Shown: in pieces, positions 1 through 13,791 of the stretch
How the letters are laid out: every line of letters begins with the position of its first letter
Numbering within the stretch: the first letter of the stretch is position 1
Assembly: GCA_964016885.1 (NCBI GenBank)
Contig: OZ024744.1
Span: 72,974,001 to 73,038,000 of the forward strand
Source of the DNA: Eledone cirrhosa
Lineage: Eukaryota
DNA length: 64,000 nucleotides
Direction: 5' to 3'
Position numbers and translations under genes: made by a program
Notes under the pieces: generated by a model
Database searches by the model: none
The model's input: only the letters and a program-made list of their open reading frames with translations
Told to the model about the DNA's origin: nothing

Positions 1-850
1 CTGATTTAGACACAAGGCCAACAATTTTGATGGAAGGGGAAAAATCGATTAAATCAACCCCAATGCATCACTGGTACTTTGTTTCATCAATCATATAAGG
101 ATGAAAGGCAAAGCTAACCATGGCAGGATTTGAACTCAGAACATAAAGGGCCGTTACTGTATGCTGTAAGCCACTAAGCATGTTGTCCAATGCCTTACCG
201 ATTCTGCTATAATGGTTTCTGATCTAATTTAGACACAAGGCCAATAATTTTGATGGAAGGGGAAAAATCGATTAAATCAACCCCAATGCATCACTGGTAC
301 TTTGTTTCATCAATCATATAAGGATGAAAGGCAAAGCTAACCATGGCAGGATTTGAACTCAGAACATAAAGGGCCGTTACTGTATGCTGTAAGCCACTAA
401 GCATGTTGTCCAATGCCTTACCGATTCTGCTATAATGGTTTCTGATCTAATTTAGACACAAGGCCAATAATTTTGATGGAAGGGGAAAAATCGATTAAAT
501 CAACCCCAATGCATCACTGGTACTTTGTTTCATCAATCATATAAGGATGAAAGGCAAAGCTAACCATGGCAGGATTTGAACTCAGAACATAAAGGGCCGT
601 TACTGTATGCTGTAAGCCACTAAGCATGTTGTCCAATGCCTTACTGCTATAATGGTTTCTGATCTAATTTAGACACAAGGCCAATAATTTTGGTGGAAGG
701 GAAAATCAATTTTGACTCCAGTGCATTACTGGTACTTTATTTCATCAACCCTGTAAGGATGAAAAGCAAAGCCAGCCTTGGTGGGATTTAAACCCAGAAC
801 GTAAAGGGCCTTCACTCTATACCATTAAACATGGTGTCCGATGCTCTGCT
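1..850 (-). mobile_element. Tandem array of a tRNA-derived SINE (family A): three near-identical ~223-bp units plus one diverged unit
   Basis: AGACACAAGGCC recurs at 8, 231, 454 and 671 (periods 223, 223, 217). The unit is the reverse complement of the SINE seen on + at 16423 and 50578 (B box GAGTTCAAATCC; GCCTTTCATCCTTA core). Confidence 0.85.
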
Positions 851-1520
851 AATAGTGTATAGTGTATACTAATACATTGTAGTGTAATCATAATGTAAAA
901 TGCCTAGTTGTATGCTGTACAAAAGTGTGCGGCATTGTTTATGTTTTTGCTTTAATATATTTTTTTTAAAGTTTTTATATAAATATTTTTATCTTCATTC
1001 AAAGACCTTATTCAGTCTTTGGTTGGAATGGAATCTTTATTACTTTGCTCTGCATAGTGTCATATCATGTGGTAGTGTGCTGTTTATTTTTTTTTTTTTA
1101 TATATTTTTATTTGTTTTTATATCTTTATTGTTTTAAGGTTATATTTTAGCCTTTGGCAGATTTGGGGTGTTGCCTGATTTTTACAAACATATATTGTTT
1201 CATTTTGCTGGGTGTAATGCTATGAGATACCTTCAGCTTTCATCAGTCATGAATAATGTAGTTTGACTGTATATATATATATATATATACTTATATGTAT
1301 CATATCATTGATGTTCTAGAGCTGTTCTTGTGCATCTTGTAGTTATAGTGTAATAGTGTACTTATCTTTCTTAATACTATATAAGAATACTGTTTGGAAT
1401 ATATTGGTGGGGTTTTTTCCAAGCTTTCTATGGATCAAATTTAGGTCTGGTCCACTAGATGTCTAGGACGGCAATGGAAGATTCCTCCATTACTGCCTAA
1501 CACTAAAACACTGGTTGAAA

Positions 1521-1640
1521 GGTACATAGCTTAGTAGCTAGAGAGTAAGATTTACAATCATGAGGCTGAAAGTTCAATTCCCAAGTCGAGTGATGCATTA
1601 TGTCCTTGAGCAAGACACTTTATTTCATATTGCTCTTTCT
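1521..1640 (+). mobile_element. tRNA-derived SINE (family B, CORE-like domain), 5' part
   Basis: tRNA-like head with AGTTCAATTCCC followed by GTCCTTGAGCAAGACACTTTATTTCA, a motif shared with copies near 31050, 38530, 39880, 57380 and 62290. Confidence 0.7.
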
Positions 1641-2659
1641 GTCAGTATTGAAACTGGTAGATAGTATCAGCAACGAATGACCAATGGATACATTGTTTCA
1701 TTGGTGCAATTTGATGAGTTCTATCCCACTTGGTAAGTAAATGAGGTCAGAGATCTTGTCAATTGATTTCTATATATATGGTTGAAGTGTTTAGTTGTCT
1801 CTCTTGTATGAGGGGTGCCAAGAGCAGCCAGACAGTGAAGCAAGAATTACTCATTTGACAGGATGAGTTTCACTTTCCAGAAACACAGTAAGAGTGTGGG
1901 AGGGATATGGTTTATTAATGGAATGGATTATATTTAATTAATTCTCTGGTGTATTTTGTAATGTGCAGTGGGATGTTGAATGTTGGAGTAGATTTGATAT
2001 TTTAACAGAGAAAGCTTTGACATGGTAGTCTTTCATCATCATCATCATCACTGTTTAATGTCCATTTTCCATGCCAGTATGGGTTAGATGAGCTGTCTCG
2101 TTGTAAGACAATTCAGATCAGATGACCATGTCTTGCTCATACAGAACCGTTTCTGGCTTGGTTTTTATGGTTGGATACCCTTCCTTAATGCCAGTCACAT
2201 TTACTGCGTGGGCTGGGTGCATAGTATATAAATATATCCATGCAAGCGTGGAACACGGACGTTAAACGATGATGATGATGAAGTGGCTGTGAGTTTGTTT
2301 CCGTTTGTGTCCTTTTGAGACAAGACAAAAGAGAGTGAAATATGTATTACTGCTGTTGCAGCAGCAGCTCAAACCACTTCAGCTTTCTCTTTTACCTGTT
2401 ATTCGCACTGCTACATTACTGAAGATGAGGTCTTTGCCTTTCTGCTACATTCATGGCTTAGAAATTATCAGGTCATTACAGATAAAGGATCATAACAAAT
2501 AAATTCTCTCCCATGTATATTCTATATCAATGGTATTGAAACTTTTTCCTCAAACAAATTCTCAAATATTATAGAGAGTCTTATAAACTTGATATTTCGT
2601 ATTATGAAAACTTCCAAATATTAATAAAATATTCCACAGCTCTGATACTATGGACATGT

Positions 2660-2900
2660 GGTTAGAATGTCTCAGGAAAATATTGCTGCACAGATTTTAC
2701 AGGCAAAACCAACGGCAAGGGACCCAGGGGTAGATCCTGAGCTAGATCATTGGATAACATCCATAAGCTTAGCTGGTCGCATTTGGGGATCCAGCTGGAT
2801 CAGTTGGAGACGGTTGGTTCCGACAGGACCCGCTGAAAGGAGTGTTTGAGGACTCTTCCCTCATGACCCTCCCATGAATAAGTGGGCAAAGAAGAAGACT
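2660..2900 (+). mobile_element. RTE-like LINE 3' end with (GAA)n tail
   Basis: Decayed 'RILQAKPT.RRPRGRP..RW.D.I' C-terminus and GAAGAAG tail. Related copies at 11640-11840 (+) and 10240-10400 (-). Confidence 0.6.
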
Positions 2901-5199
2901 TAAACTTGATTTAAGGAAAATAATATATATATAACTCTGTGTGTGTCACTCCCCTTTTTTAAAACTTTTATTAAAATTCTATACCATTTCATAAAAAGAT
3001 AACATTAAGTTTTAAACAGAAAAAATGAAACGAAATTTCATTTCCCACTCTTAGTACGACTGTTACTTAAATATAAGTATGTATACGTAGATACATATAT
3101 GTATACAGACGTACAGTAGTATGTATATATATATATATACATACATGCACACATTAAGTTTTAAGTTTTAGAATATCTGTCAAATTTTACTGACAAAAAC
3201 ATTGTAGGAACCTATTTTTTGGGTTTTTTTTTTTTTTTTTTTTCACAAACCCCCAAAATTTGTGGACACTTATAGAACAGAAACAATTTTTTTTTTTTTT
3301 TGTTTTGTTACCTGAAAAAGATTGCAAGTGAAAGGTATCAACTATCTCAACTAATCGGCTATCAGATTATGAAGAAGACATAGCAAGCAAACTAGTCAAC
3401 CAATTCCACCACTCTGATGTCATTTCATTAGACATTTCACTTTAATCATTTCCTTGTTGTTACTATTTGTTTTTTTATTTTGTTGTTGTTGTTTTATTCA
3501 TACCCCCCCTCCGTGCTTCTGTTGATGACATGTTCTCTGACACCACTATTCTGATTATTATCTGGAGAGACTAAATTTTCAACCAACACATTTTTTCTCA
3601 CCTTCATATCAAGTATCAAGGCCCTTGCATAGATGAGTATCTTTTTCAGTCACTATACAAACAATTCTTTTTCTTTTTTAATTTGATGAGATTTGTGTGT
3701 CCTCTCTGCTTTGATTTGTTGATTTTGTTCTCATGTCAACATGTCTGGCCAGCCATACCCTAATGTATTTTTTTTATGTTTTTTTGTTGATATTTTTCTT
3801 TGTTTTGTTTTTTGTGGTCATGGGCATATCTCACATAATTGCCTTCATTGTCATTATTACCATTATCATCATCATCATCTTCAGCAACACCACCAGCACC
3901 ACTACTAACACCAATATCACCTCCACCTCCATAATGAGAAATAGAGTTGTTTCCTTAGTCATCCTTAATATATTAGTCTTCAAAGCAACAGCTTCTTCTC
4001 CATGATGATAGTGTTGATGATAGTGTTGATGATGATGATGATGTCATGTAATTAATTTTCTGAGGATAAGAGTTTATCTTGCAATATATGCATGCAATAT
4101 GCAAGCAGTTATGTTCAATTAAAAATAAGAACATTTATAGATAATCCAGAGTCCTCAAATCATTTAGATCATCTACCCTTTTGTGGAATCCTTGCCCCCC
4201 CCCCTCTCATCTTCGCCCTACCAATTAAGTTCAACAACAAATAAGCAAATAAATAAATCAATAAACCTGACAATAAATACTAATTTAATAAGTAACTTGT
4301 ATAAGCAAGTTTTATTTTATTGTATTATGAGGTTAGCTTTGCCTTTAATCCTTAATGAGGTTGGTCGATAAAAGTGCCAGTAACAAACTGGAGTCGATTT
4401 AATCGACTTTCCCCATTGCCCAAAATTGCTGGCCTTGTGCTTAAATAAGAAACCATTATTCTATGTATTTTCATTTCTTATACAAATATTAGGTTTTGAC
4501 CACAACATTTTATTTGAACTCCAAGGTAGACCCATCGTCTCTTGGGGATTTATATTGACTACTTTGGGGTTCCCTGATCTAAGCCAATAAACTTGACCAA
4601 TAAAGAAATAATTATTAATTGTGATTAATTGTGATGATGTGGATTGGCAGAATTGTTAAAGCACCTGACTAAATGATTTATGGTATTTTTTCTGGATCTT
4701 TACGTTCTGATTTCAAATTCTGCTGAAGTCAACTTTACCATTCATCAGTAGTAGTCAAGTACTGCAATTGATAAATAAATCGCAGAACACTGCATACTAT
4801 CATGGAAGCTACCATTGAAAGGTCCAGATGGGCAAGAAGCAATCTGACTGGCTGGTATGAAGCCAGCTAATCTTGAAGCTTGTATTATTGGGCTAGTGGA
4901 TCGGCTGAGTCATCTTCTTCGTCATTCAGCTTTTCGTCCATTAGATCAGCCTTGTCATCTCCTAAGGGCTAAATTAGAATCTTTGCTTTTTTTTTCTCTC
5001 AAAATTTGGTACAAATAAACCAGTACATGCTGTAAAGTGGTTAATGACAGGAAGGGCATCCAACCATAAAACCTCTGCAAAAAAAAATAAAAACTTGACT
5101 AGCACAACAAACCAGTTGTGATGAAATACTTAATTATTTAGTCTTTTCTTTATAGAATTAATTTGGTGTTTTGTCAACGTTTTAGAAACCATAGTATTT

Positions 5200-6260
5200 A
5201 CTCTATAACCTTTCCAATCTGATGATCATACCACCACTCTGAGGCTTCTGTATTGAACTGATGGCACATATTCCAGTGGATTACCTATCATGTTGCCATA
5301 TTTTATAACATTTCTGAGCTAGAGCATTGCATTTGCATTCTGCTACAATATATGACACAGTCTCATCTCTGGCACCACACATCTGATACTGTCTTGAAAT
5401 ATCTTCTCCATCAACAGTCTTTCTGGTATAACTTGTTCTCAGTAACTGATCCAAGGCAGCAATGATCATTCCCTCAGTCTCTTACTTTAAGTAACTTTTT
5501 CATATCCAGTTCCAATTTTTTTCCATCTCTAATATATTCAGTTTTCATATAAAAATTCCCATATCAAGTTTTGTTACTGTACTTCTGCAGTCTTTCCTTT
5601 TTGACATCGTTTTCCTTACCTTCTCCTAAGAACTTCTCATTGCTTACTTCTTTGATCAAGATTTCACCATTCTAAGCCACATATTTTCATAGGCTTTCAA
5701 CTTCCATAATCACATACTCCTCTGCACTTATCAAATCCTTTTGAACAATTCACCACAGCAAATATAGTCTGTCAACATCCCTAGTATGATTAAATGCTTA
5801 ATTAATAGTTAATAACCTCCTTGTTTTCCTGTTCATCTTTCTTCCTAAATTGGATGTCTGCCCCATACTTAATCACAGACACAGCCCTTGAATTCAAAGC
5901 AGATATTGTGTTTCCTGCATTTATATTTCAATATATTTCTCACCCATTTGAAGTACTCTCTAACTATATTTTTCATTTCTATATGCTTGATCTTATCTGC
6001 TTCAAAAACTTCAAGATATTTTTATGCATCATTTGTTGACCATTCGGTAGCATTGTTCCCCTACTTTCCCCAGTTTGATAATCATCACAGCATATTTTTG
6101 AACACCAAACTTCATTCCAGTATCCTGACTAAATACACGAACTGTATTGATCAATGAGTCCAGCTGTCTCATTCTTTCCATAGAGTTTTAAGGTCATCCA
6201 TAAACAGCAAGTGATTTATGGTGACCTTCCTCTTTCCTAAATCATACCCTGCTTTACTCT
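5200..6260 (-). mobile_element. Degenerate RLE-type non-LTR retrotransposon (R4/Dong-like): RT C-terminus to CCHC region
   Basis: ORF 5281-5469 (IIAALDQLLRT...CGARDETVSYIVAEC..LAQK.YK.WQHD) resembles the R4/Dong zinc-knuckle/RHD region. Upstream frames give HLLFMDDLKL and GMKFG..K.A RT motifs. Confidence 0.7.
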
Positions 6261-6765
6261 CTTAAAATCATTGTTCCACTTGAAAAAAAGGTGATAGTGG
6301 AGAAGGTGGTGTTCTCCTTTAGTGAATTTTATATAGGATGGGAGACTATGGTGAAAATGGCAAAAGTGAATGGAACTTCTCTCAGCACGAGCCTGAAGAA
6401 GAAAAATCAGAAGAGAGCACTCACCTGTGGTGATCAGCAGCACTGTGCGTTTGTAGGGTTCCTCATTTATCCCTATTTGGAGTTTCTCTTGTATCAGGAC
6501 TGTTTATCACAATCAGCCATACTATGTATGCCTTTTTCTTGTTTTCTCATCTGATTTTTATGTAAATCCTCAAACTTTCAAGTTAACTCTCACCACTTCT
6601 ACCCAGGCCTTCCTTCCTCTACTGGGATTTCTTGGAATTTCTTTACCCAGAAATCATTATAGTCATAAAAATCGCTTGCTTTTTTTATGTTAATTTTTTT
6701 CTTCTTTCTTAATTTTTTTTATTTTATATTATTTATTTTCCTTTTTTTTTTTTCTTTTTTTAAAG

Positions 6766-6848
6766 AGCCTCGATCTGGATTTAGAATCGCTTTCAACATG
6801 TTTGATGCTGATGGCAATCAAATTGTTGATAAAAGAGAATTCTTGGTT
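6766..6848 (+). CDS. MICU3: MICU3 internal exon encoding EF-hand 1: (K)PRSGFRIAFNMFDADGNQIVDKREFLV
   Basis: Long T-rich tract with AAG| acceptor (phase 1) and GTT|GTAAGT donor (phase 0). Canonical 12-residue EF loop DADGNQIVDKRE. From memory, closely matches vertebrate MICU3 KPHAGFRIAFNMFDTDGNEMVDKKEFLV, and matches it better than MICU2. Confidence 0.92.
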
Positions 6849-7435
6849 GTAAGTAGAATTTTGTCAATATCTGCACCCTTTTGATTACTACTTGGTAATC
6901 TTCTATCTCATTGCAATATATTTTTCCCTTAATAAACACATACTCACACATACACACATATACACACATACACACACACACACATATGTATGTGTGTGTG
7001 TGTGTGTGTGTATCTACATTTGTTTGGCTAAAGAATTAAAACTAGGTGAGATAATTTACTTCCTAAACTATTTACAAAATTATACTAAATTCTGTAAAAA
7101 GCATTTTTGACCTAATTTCCGTAACCTTTTGAAAACCCATCATATGAAATTTATGTTAATAGGTAAATCTCTCCCAATCTTCCTGTTTCCTCTAATTCTA
7201 TAATCAAGCATTTATAATTCTTTTGGTGTGACAAATGTACAATAATTCCTGTAACAAAAGCCTTTTGTCACAATCTAGCACTAACTCACCTCTTCAAGGA
7301 TTATTTCTCTTGTTTTCTGCAGGAAAACATATCTCAGGGGAAAATAATTCTTGAAACCACAAAACAATTTCTTTTCTATCTGTTGTATCAGTGTTTCTAT
7401 GTATGTTTTCATCTTTGTATGTATATGTATGTGAG

Positions 7436-7493
<58 letters not shown>

Positions 7494-8243
7494 ACATACT
7501 TTCTCTCTACAAGCACATATATGTGTGTGTGTATATACACACACACACACACACGTATATACATATACAATATATACATATATATATACAGTCTTTCTTT
7601 CACATACATGCACATCTAACAAAGAATGAATGCACAAAAGAAGTAACTATTGTACTTCGCATTTCTGAAGTAATAGGAAGACACTTGATGCCCCAATTCT
7701 ATGACCCAGTCTTACCCACTCTGTAAATAATAGTTAACTCCCTAGAATCTTGAGAATGGAAGGTAAACCATTGTTAATTACTTATTATCAAGTAATGACA
7801 ATAGTATTTAGAGAAAATAAGACTCAAAAATATTTGTTCTTTGCAAGGTTTGCTAGATTATATACCAAAGTCCTGCTTTGTTCAATACAAAATTACTTCA
7901 ACAATCATATGTACTTCTTGACTCTGTTAATAACTTTGTAGATACAAAATTATCTATGGTTTATCTAAGTTAAATGTTTAGCTTAGTTGTATAAACCAGT
8001 TAGATGAAATATATGAAGCTAGAATTAATTGTGATTTAAAACTCTACCTTCTGTAAGTGTAGTATTGGACTGCTTCAGATCTGTAGGCAGCTAATGTTAT
8101 TTATGGTTCTACACCAAGTATTTAGTTCATCATTATTTCATCTCACCTAGCTATCAGGAATATGATAGCTGCAGTTATTTAAAAGAAATTAACCTGTGCT
8201 AGAATTTTATTTTAGCTAAGGATTGAGTTACCTCACATCTTAA

Positions 8244-8467
8244 CCCTTTCGCGTTTACATTATTCCATATTTACTATTGTATTTTCACACTAAACACTTT
8301 ACCTCACATAATTATCCCACATAATATCAAATTATGAGATTTTGATATTATTTATTTTGATTGAGAATAATACCTTAACATCAGTATGAGTGGTTGGTTA
8401 TGGTCGGTTTAAACAGAAAGAGATGAGAGAATACTGACCAGATACAGCCGGTTTAATTGCTAAAGGG
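8244..8467. mobile_element. piggyBac-derived MITE
   Basis: TTAA|CCCTTT ... AAAGGG|TTAA termini. Internal sequence is shared with the other copies. Confidence 0.85.
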
Positions 8468-8957
8468 TTAATTAATACAACTAATATTTAATAATGTTAA
8501 TCATCAGTTTTTCTGCAGAATTGATCTAAAATAAATATTTGTTTCTACTTTTGGCACAAGGCCAGCAATTACTCACTGCATTACTGGTACTTTATTTTAT
8601 CGACCCCGTGAGGATGAAAGGCAAAGTTAACCTCGGCGGGATTTGAACTCATTTGATCTAAAATAAATATTGTGATCTAATGATCAGTATATTAATCACA
8701 AAAAGAATTACAATAGTGATAAAAATAATGTATCAGAAACTTTCAGATATTTTTTTTTAAATGTTTATCTTATGTTTATAATATTTGAAAAAATCAGATA
8801 TAGAGTTAAATTTCATGTCCGCTGGTTTTATTTCTGAATCAGTTGTTTTCTGTATTACTTCATTAGATCAAGCCTTTACATTACATGATAAGACCCTCTT
8901 CCTGATGAGATCTTGTTCCGTCTGAATATCATTGTTTGCCGAGGTTAACTTTTGCCT

Positions 8958-9258
8958 ATCGGTAGAGTGTCGGACGCCATGCTTTCCAGCATAGTTACGT
9001 CTCTTTACGGTCTGAGTTCAAATCCCGCCGAGGTTAACTTTGCCTTTCATCCTTACGGGGTCGATAAAATAAAGAACTAGTAATGCACTGGGTAATTGCT
9101 GGCCTTGTGCCAAAAATAGAAACAATTATTTATATATCGGTGGTTTGGCAGTATCGGTAGAGGGTCAGACACCATGCTTTGCAGCATAGAGTTATGGCCC
9201 TTTACGTTCAGAATTCAAATCCTGCCGATGTTAACTTTGCCTTTCATCCTTACGGGAT
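8958..9258 (+). mobile_element. Two SINE family A copies, head-to-tail
   Basis: A-box-like TGGCAGTATCGG, B box GAGTTCAAATCCC, conserved core and ATT tail. Confidence 0.8.
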
Positions 9259-9576
9259 CATTTCTTCCCAACTCTCACATCAGAGTAAACATATATATTT
9301 ATTTTTTACTTTGGTAAATGACAGTCAAATTCTTCTAATAAATTGGTATTTCCATCCATTTTATTATATCTTAGTTTTTTTATAGTAGTCTTATTTTCTA
9401 AATCACACTACGTACTATTACTACTGCACTTTCAGCATGCATTCATTCTTATTCTTTACCTTATAATACATATGTGTCACTTATTTTGTCATTACCTTGT
9501 CCTTATTTATCATTCCTCCATTCACAATACCTGTAACATATTTCCTATTATTATTGGTGTTGCCATTATTACTATT

Positions 9577-9610
<34 letters not shown>

Positions 9611-10389
9611 TATTATTATTACTAGCATTATTATTGTTATTATTATTACCATTATTATTGTTATTATTATTATTGTTGTTGTTATTATTAAACATTAAAA
9701 ACATAATTTTGTCATTTAGTTTGTTATTCAAAAGGAAATATAATATCTATTTAGAAAATTATCATTTTTATGCACCTTCATAAGCATATATTTTATACAT
9801 GCATCTACAAACATTTTTGCATGCATTCATAAATAAACAACTTTTACCTGCATGATTTAATATAGATTCATGACAAAATGGAGTAGGAACACCATAAACA
9901 ATAAATTAACAGAAGTAATGTTTCTTGTAACTGATAGGTTCAGTAGCATTGTAGATCAGTGTTTTTTAATTTGGTTGATATTTCTAGCAGACCAATCAAC
10001 CACTGTGAAGCTCCATCTTTGATGCAAGCTGCTTTTTATCTGGCCTCAGATTTTTGTTTGATCTTAGCAGTACCTTAGTTTTATTTGTTTGACCTGTTAT
10101 TTCAATCTCGTAAAACTAGCTCCAATAACAATTGTATATATAATAGATGGTATGAGTTTCTTCTCTAATGCATGCTTTAGAACCCAAATATTATTTCACT
10201 TTAAATACTTTTAAAAATAAATTTTTTCAGGACTCTTCAATCCTTTTCTTTTTCACCTACTTAATCTTGAGAGGGTTGTGGGAGCAAAGTCCTCAAACAC
10301 TCTTTCCAGCAAGTCCTCTTAGAAGTAACCATCTCCAATTAATTCAGCTGGATCCCCAAGCACATCAATATTATACAACCATCTTGCTC

Positions 10390-10960
10390 GGGTTTACCCT
10401 TGAGTCTCTTGTTGATGGATATCTTTGTGCTGGAAGGTGTTCATAATAGATAGCCCATTACTAGGACATAAGTCATTCCTTGCAATCACCTTTTTCCATG
10501 TCAGGTGATCAGTGCCAACATGTACTTCAATGTTTCCCATTAGGATATATGGCTCAGTCTTAACTGCATTTAACACTGCAGTGACATCATTAGAGAAGGA
10601 TCAGTATTTGGACTCTTTGTTTGATGCATAAACTTGCTCTACCCACAGAGACCTTTCTTTCAGCCTAAGCATCAAGAGGTAAATCCTCCTTACCAATGGG
10701 ATCCAGTCCATAACAGATTTCGACAACTGGGTACTTATGAGTATCTCCACTCCCACCAGTGCAGTCATTTCTAACATCACATCTGAATAGTGAAGTATCC
10801 ATCTTTCATTCAAATCTACTTCACCAGAGCGTTGGAACTTTGGTGAGTAAACCCTGGCTATATCTAGTTGGTAACATTTGGTCTCCTCGACTAGCTCCTG
10901 CTCCTTACCCATAAGGGTTGCAATGTTCCAGTTGCCAATTATTACAATTTGCTCTTTTCT
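10390..10960 (-). mobile_element. RTE-like LINE AP-endonuclease fragment (decayed)
   Basis: ORFs 10601-10912 (KEQELVEE..YQLDI...WILHYS...QVYA.N) and 10394-10576 (ILMGN..HVG.D...W..VI.RN...GLSIMNTFQHK) resemble RTE APE domains. Confidence 0.7.
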
Positions 10961-12638
10961 GCGCCCATTTTAGGTCTCAGGATAAGCACATTTGTTATGT
11001 CTATCCGACACCTTCCAGGACAGATCCCAAGTACATGACCAGTTTTCATGAAGCTGATATATTTTTCAAAAAGGCAATATATTTTTTGAACAGGCATCTC
11101 TATCTAAAGCCTGAATACATTCCTTCTTACCTCATGCAAAGGATGATTGCTTTTATGATATCTGACCATACTACAGTATTTTTGTTTCTTTTTTGGGTGG
11201 GTGGGTGGGTGGGTGGGGGGCTCTTATTTGCGCCATCACCAATTTGATAATTTCCTCAAACCCACGAAGACCAGGCTTTTTAGAGGCAGGTTTTACTCAC
11301 CTCGTAGTAACTACATCACTGGGGAAACTTTTCTTGAGAGCTAACAGTGTCACCAATTGTTCCATCTTCTCTAGTATTTTACTGCTGTTGCTTATTCATC
11401 TGGCAGGAGCCTTCTTATATTGCAAGTAACTATCATATCTGGTGGTTGCATCATTATCTGCCACTTACAATCTGTTCTCTATTAGAACAGCTCTGCAAAA
11501 GTGATGGAAGATTTTAAGAAAATAAATATAAAGCTTTCTTTGTAGAACCACGGGCAATTTTAATTGGTTTGGTATTAAAAGGGGTCTTCTACAGGTTGGT
11601 ATTTGCCTGTACAAATCTGTCAAGCGATTCTTTCCTGAGACATTCAATGAACTGATAGGTAACCCAGGAGTAGACCCCGAGCAAGATGGTTGGATAACAT
11701 CCATGAGCTTGGCTGGTCTCGCTTTGGGATCCAGCCGGATCAGTTGGAGATGGTTGCTTCTGACAGGACCCACTGGAAGGAGTGTTTGAGGACTCTCCCC
11801 CCATAACCTTCTCAGGAATAAGTGGGTGAAGAAGAAGAAGATTAAAAGGGGTAAAGATTGTACTTGAAAAGTACTATTTTTGAAATGATGTTAAGAGCAA
11901 TAGTTTCAAAAATGTTTCATTTTTCTGTATCCTTAATTTTACACTTCTCTCTGTGTGTCATCTACTTTATAAATTTTACCATTGAATGAGCCTTTAGATG
12001 ATTTCTCAATTTCCTGGAAATATCATTGAAATTCACCTTCATCATGAGAAAAAGGTATCTAAAGTTTAGATACACAGCAAACCCCACCAATTTTACATAT
12101 CAAAGTTAGCTTAGAACACGTAATTGGAATTGAAAAGTTATACATACAGGTATTAAATTAAAAAATTCTAACCTCCTAAAACTAAAAAGCCTAGCCAAAG
12201 GCACAAATAAATTACTATGGCCATTGCTGGTGGCACTTCCCATTGCAGGGACCCGGGGCATTTCCCCACACCTCCCTTGGTCCTTTCCCCATTAAATCCA
12301 ACCCTGATCTAAACATCATTGATGTAGCATTAAATATTATTAATAGGTGCTAGCAAACTACTTCCCACCCCACCCAAAATTGGGGTTATCATGACTGGAA
12401 CACATTTGATTATAGACATATCCAATTGGTGTTGATTTGTGACTGAAAAGCAACTCACAACAACTAGAAGTACATGACTGAAAATGAAAGCAGCATAGGG
12501 ATTTCCAAAGAAGTTACAACAAACTCAGTATTTCTTGGGCTAGAATTACACATCTAAAACACCTTAAACACTCTTAATGATCCCTGAAAGACAGTGAAGC
12601 TCTTATGGAAACTACTATTCATTTATGGAATTGCTTAA

Positions 12639-13093
12639 CCCTTTAGCCTTTAAACCGGCCATAACTGGCCATAACTGGCCAGAATTCTCTCACCTCTTTC
12701 TGTTCAAGCCAGCCATAACTGGCCGCTCATACTTATGTTAAGGTATTGTTCTCAAAATAATATCAACATCTCATAGATTTGATATTATGTGAGATAATTA
12801 TGTAAGATAGAACCTTTACCATGAAAATACAATAGTGTAGACTTTACCATGAAAATACAAAAACATGTAGGCGCCACGGAAAAAAGCATCCAGCACTCAC
12901 TGTAAATGAGGTTGGTGTTATGAAGGGCATCCAGCTGTAGAAATCAAGCCAAAATCAGTTCCTGTATGAGCAAAGCATGGTCAGCCGACCAGACACTGCC
13001 CACAACAGGACAACCCGTCTAACCCATGCTAGCATGGAAAAACGGATGTAAAATGGTGATGATGATATATAGAGTAATATAAATGTTAAAGGG
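12639..13093. mobile_element. piggyBac MITE interrupted by an RTE/SINE 3' fragment (~12864-13065)
   Basis: TTAA|CCCTTTAGC ... TAAAGGG|TTAA termini. The insert ends in a GATGATGAT tail and matches 33266-33478. Confidence 0.8.
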
Positions 13094-13583
13094 TTAAAGG
13101 TTTCTAGAGAAACAAACAGTCAATTTTCAAAAGTATTTGAAGTCAAACTGTATTTGAGCTCTAAAGCATGTAGTAGAGAAGAAATTCATGCCATCTATTA
13201 AATATATAACTGTTATTGGAGCTAGTATTGAGAGACCAGATAAAAAGCAGATTGTGTGGATGATGGAACCTTAAGGTAGTCGCTTGGTCTGCTAGAAATA
13301 TCAATCAAATCTTTATCTGATCACACCCCCTACTATTTAGGAGAAAGGGAAAGGATATGTTGGATAATGTAATCTGAGATATGCTACTTTTGATAAAAAG
13401 TATATTTTGAACTTTGCTGGAATGTAATTGATCATTTATCTAATAAAGTAGACAAGGCAAACTTTGTTTATCTTTCAAACATTTGATGTTAACTCAAGAA
13501 AGGGATGGCATGAATTTCATTGTTTTGATAATATCCTGTCCAAAATCACTCCTGTTTCTATGAAAGAAAACCACCCATTGTAA

Positions 13584-13791
13584 CTCTTTAGCATTTAAAC
13601 CGGCTGTATCTGGCCAGAATTCTCTCACCTCTTTCTGTTCAAACTGGCTATAACTGATGTTAAGGTATTGTTCTCAAAATAAATAATATTAAAATCACAT
13701 AGATTCGATATTATGTGAAGTAATTATGTGAAGTAAAGCTTTTACTATGAAAATACAATAGTAAATATAGAGTAATGTAAATGCTAAAGGG
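13584..13791. mobile_element. piggyBac MITE
   Basis: Degenerate left TIR (CTCTTTAGCATTTAAACCGG) and intact right end GCTAAAGGG|TTAA. Confidence 0.8.

Noticed and set aside
7281-7726. ORFs rich in YI/HT/CV dipeptides (also 15609, 18147-18553, 27913, 58617, 61317-62942)
   Set aside because: Translations of (TA)n, (CA)n and (TG)n microsatellites.
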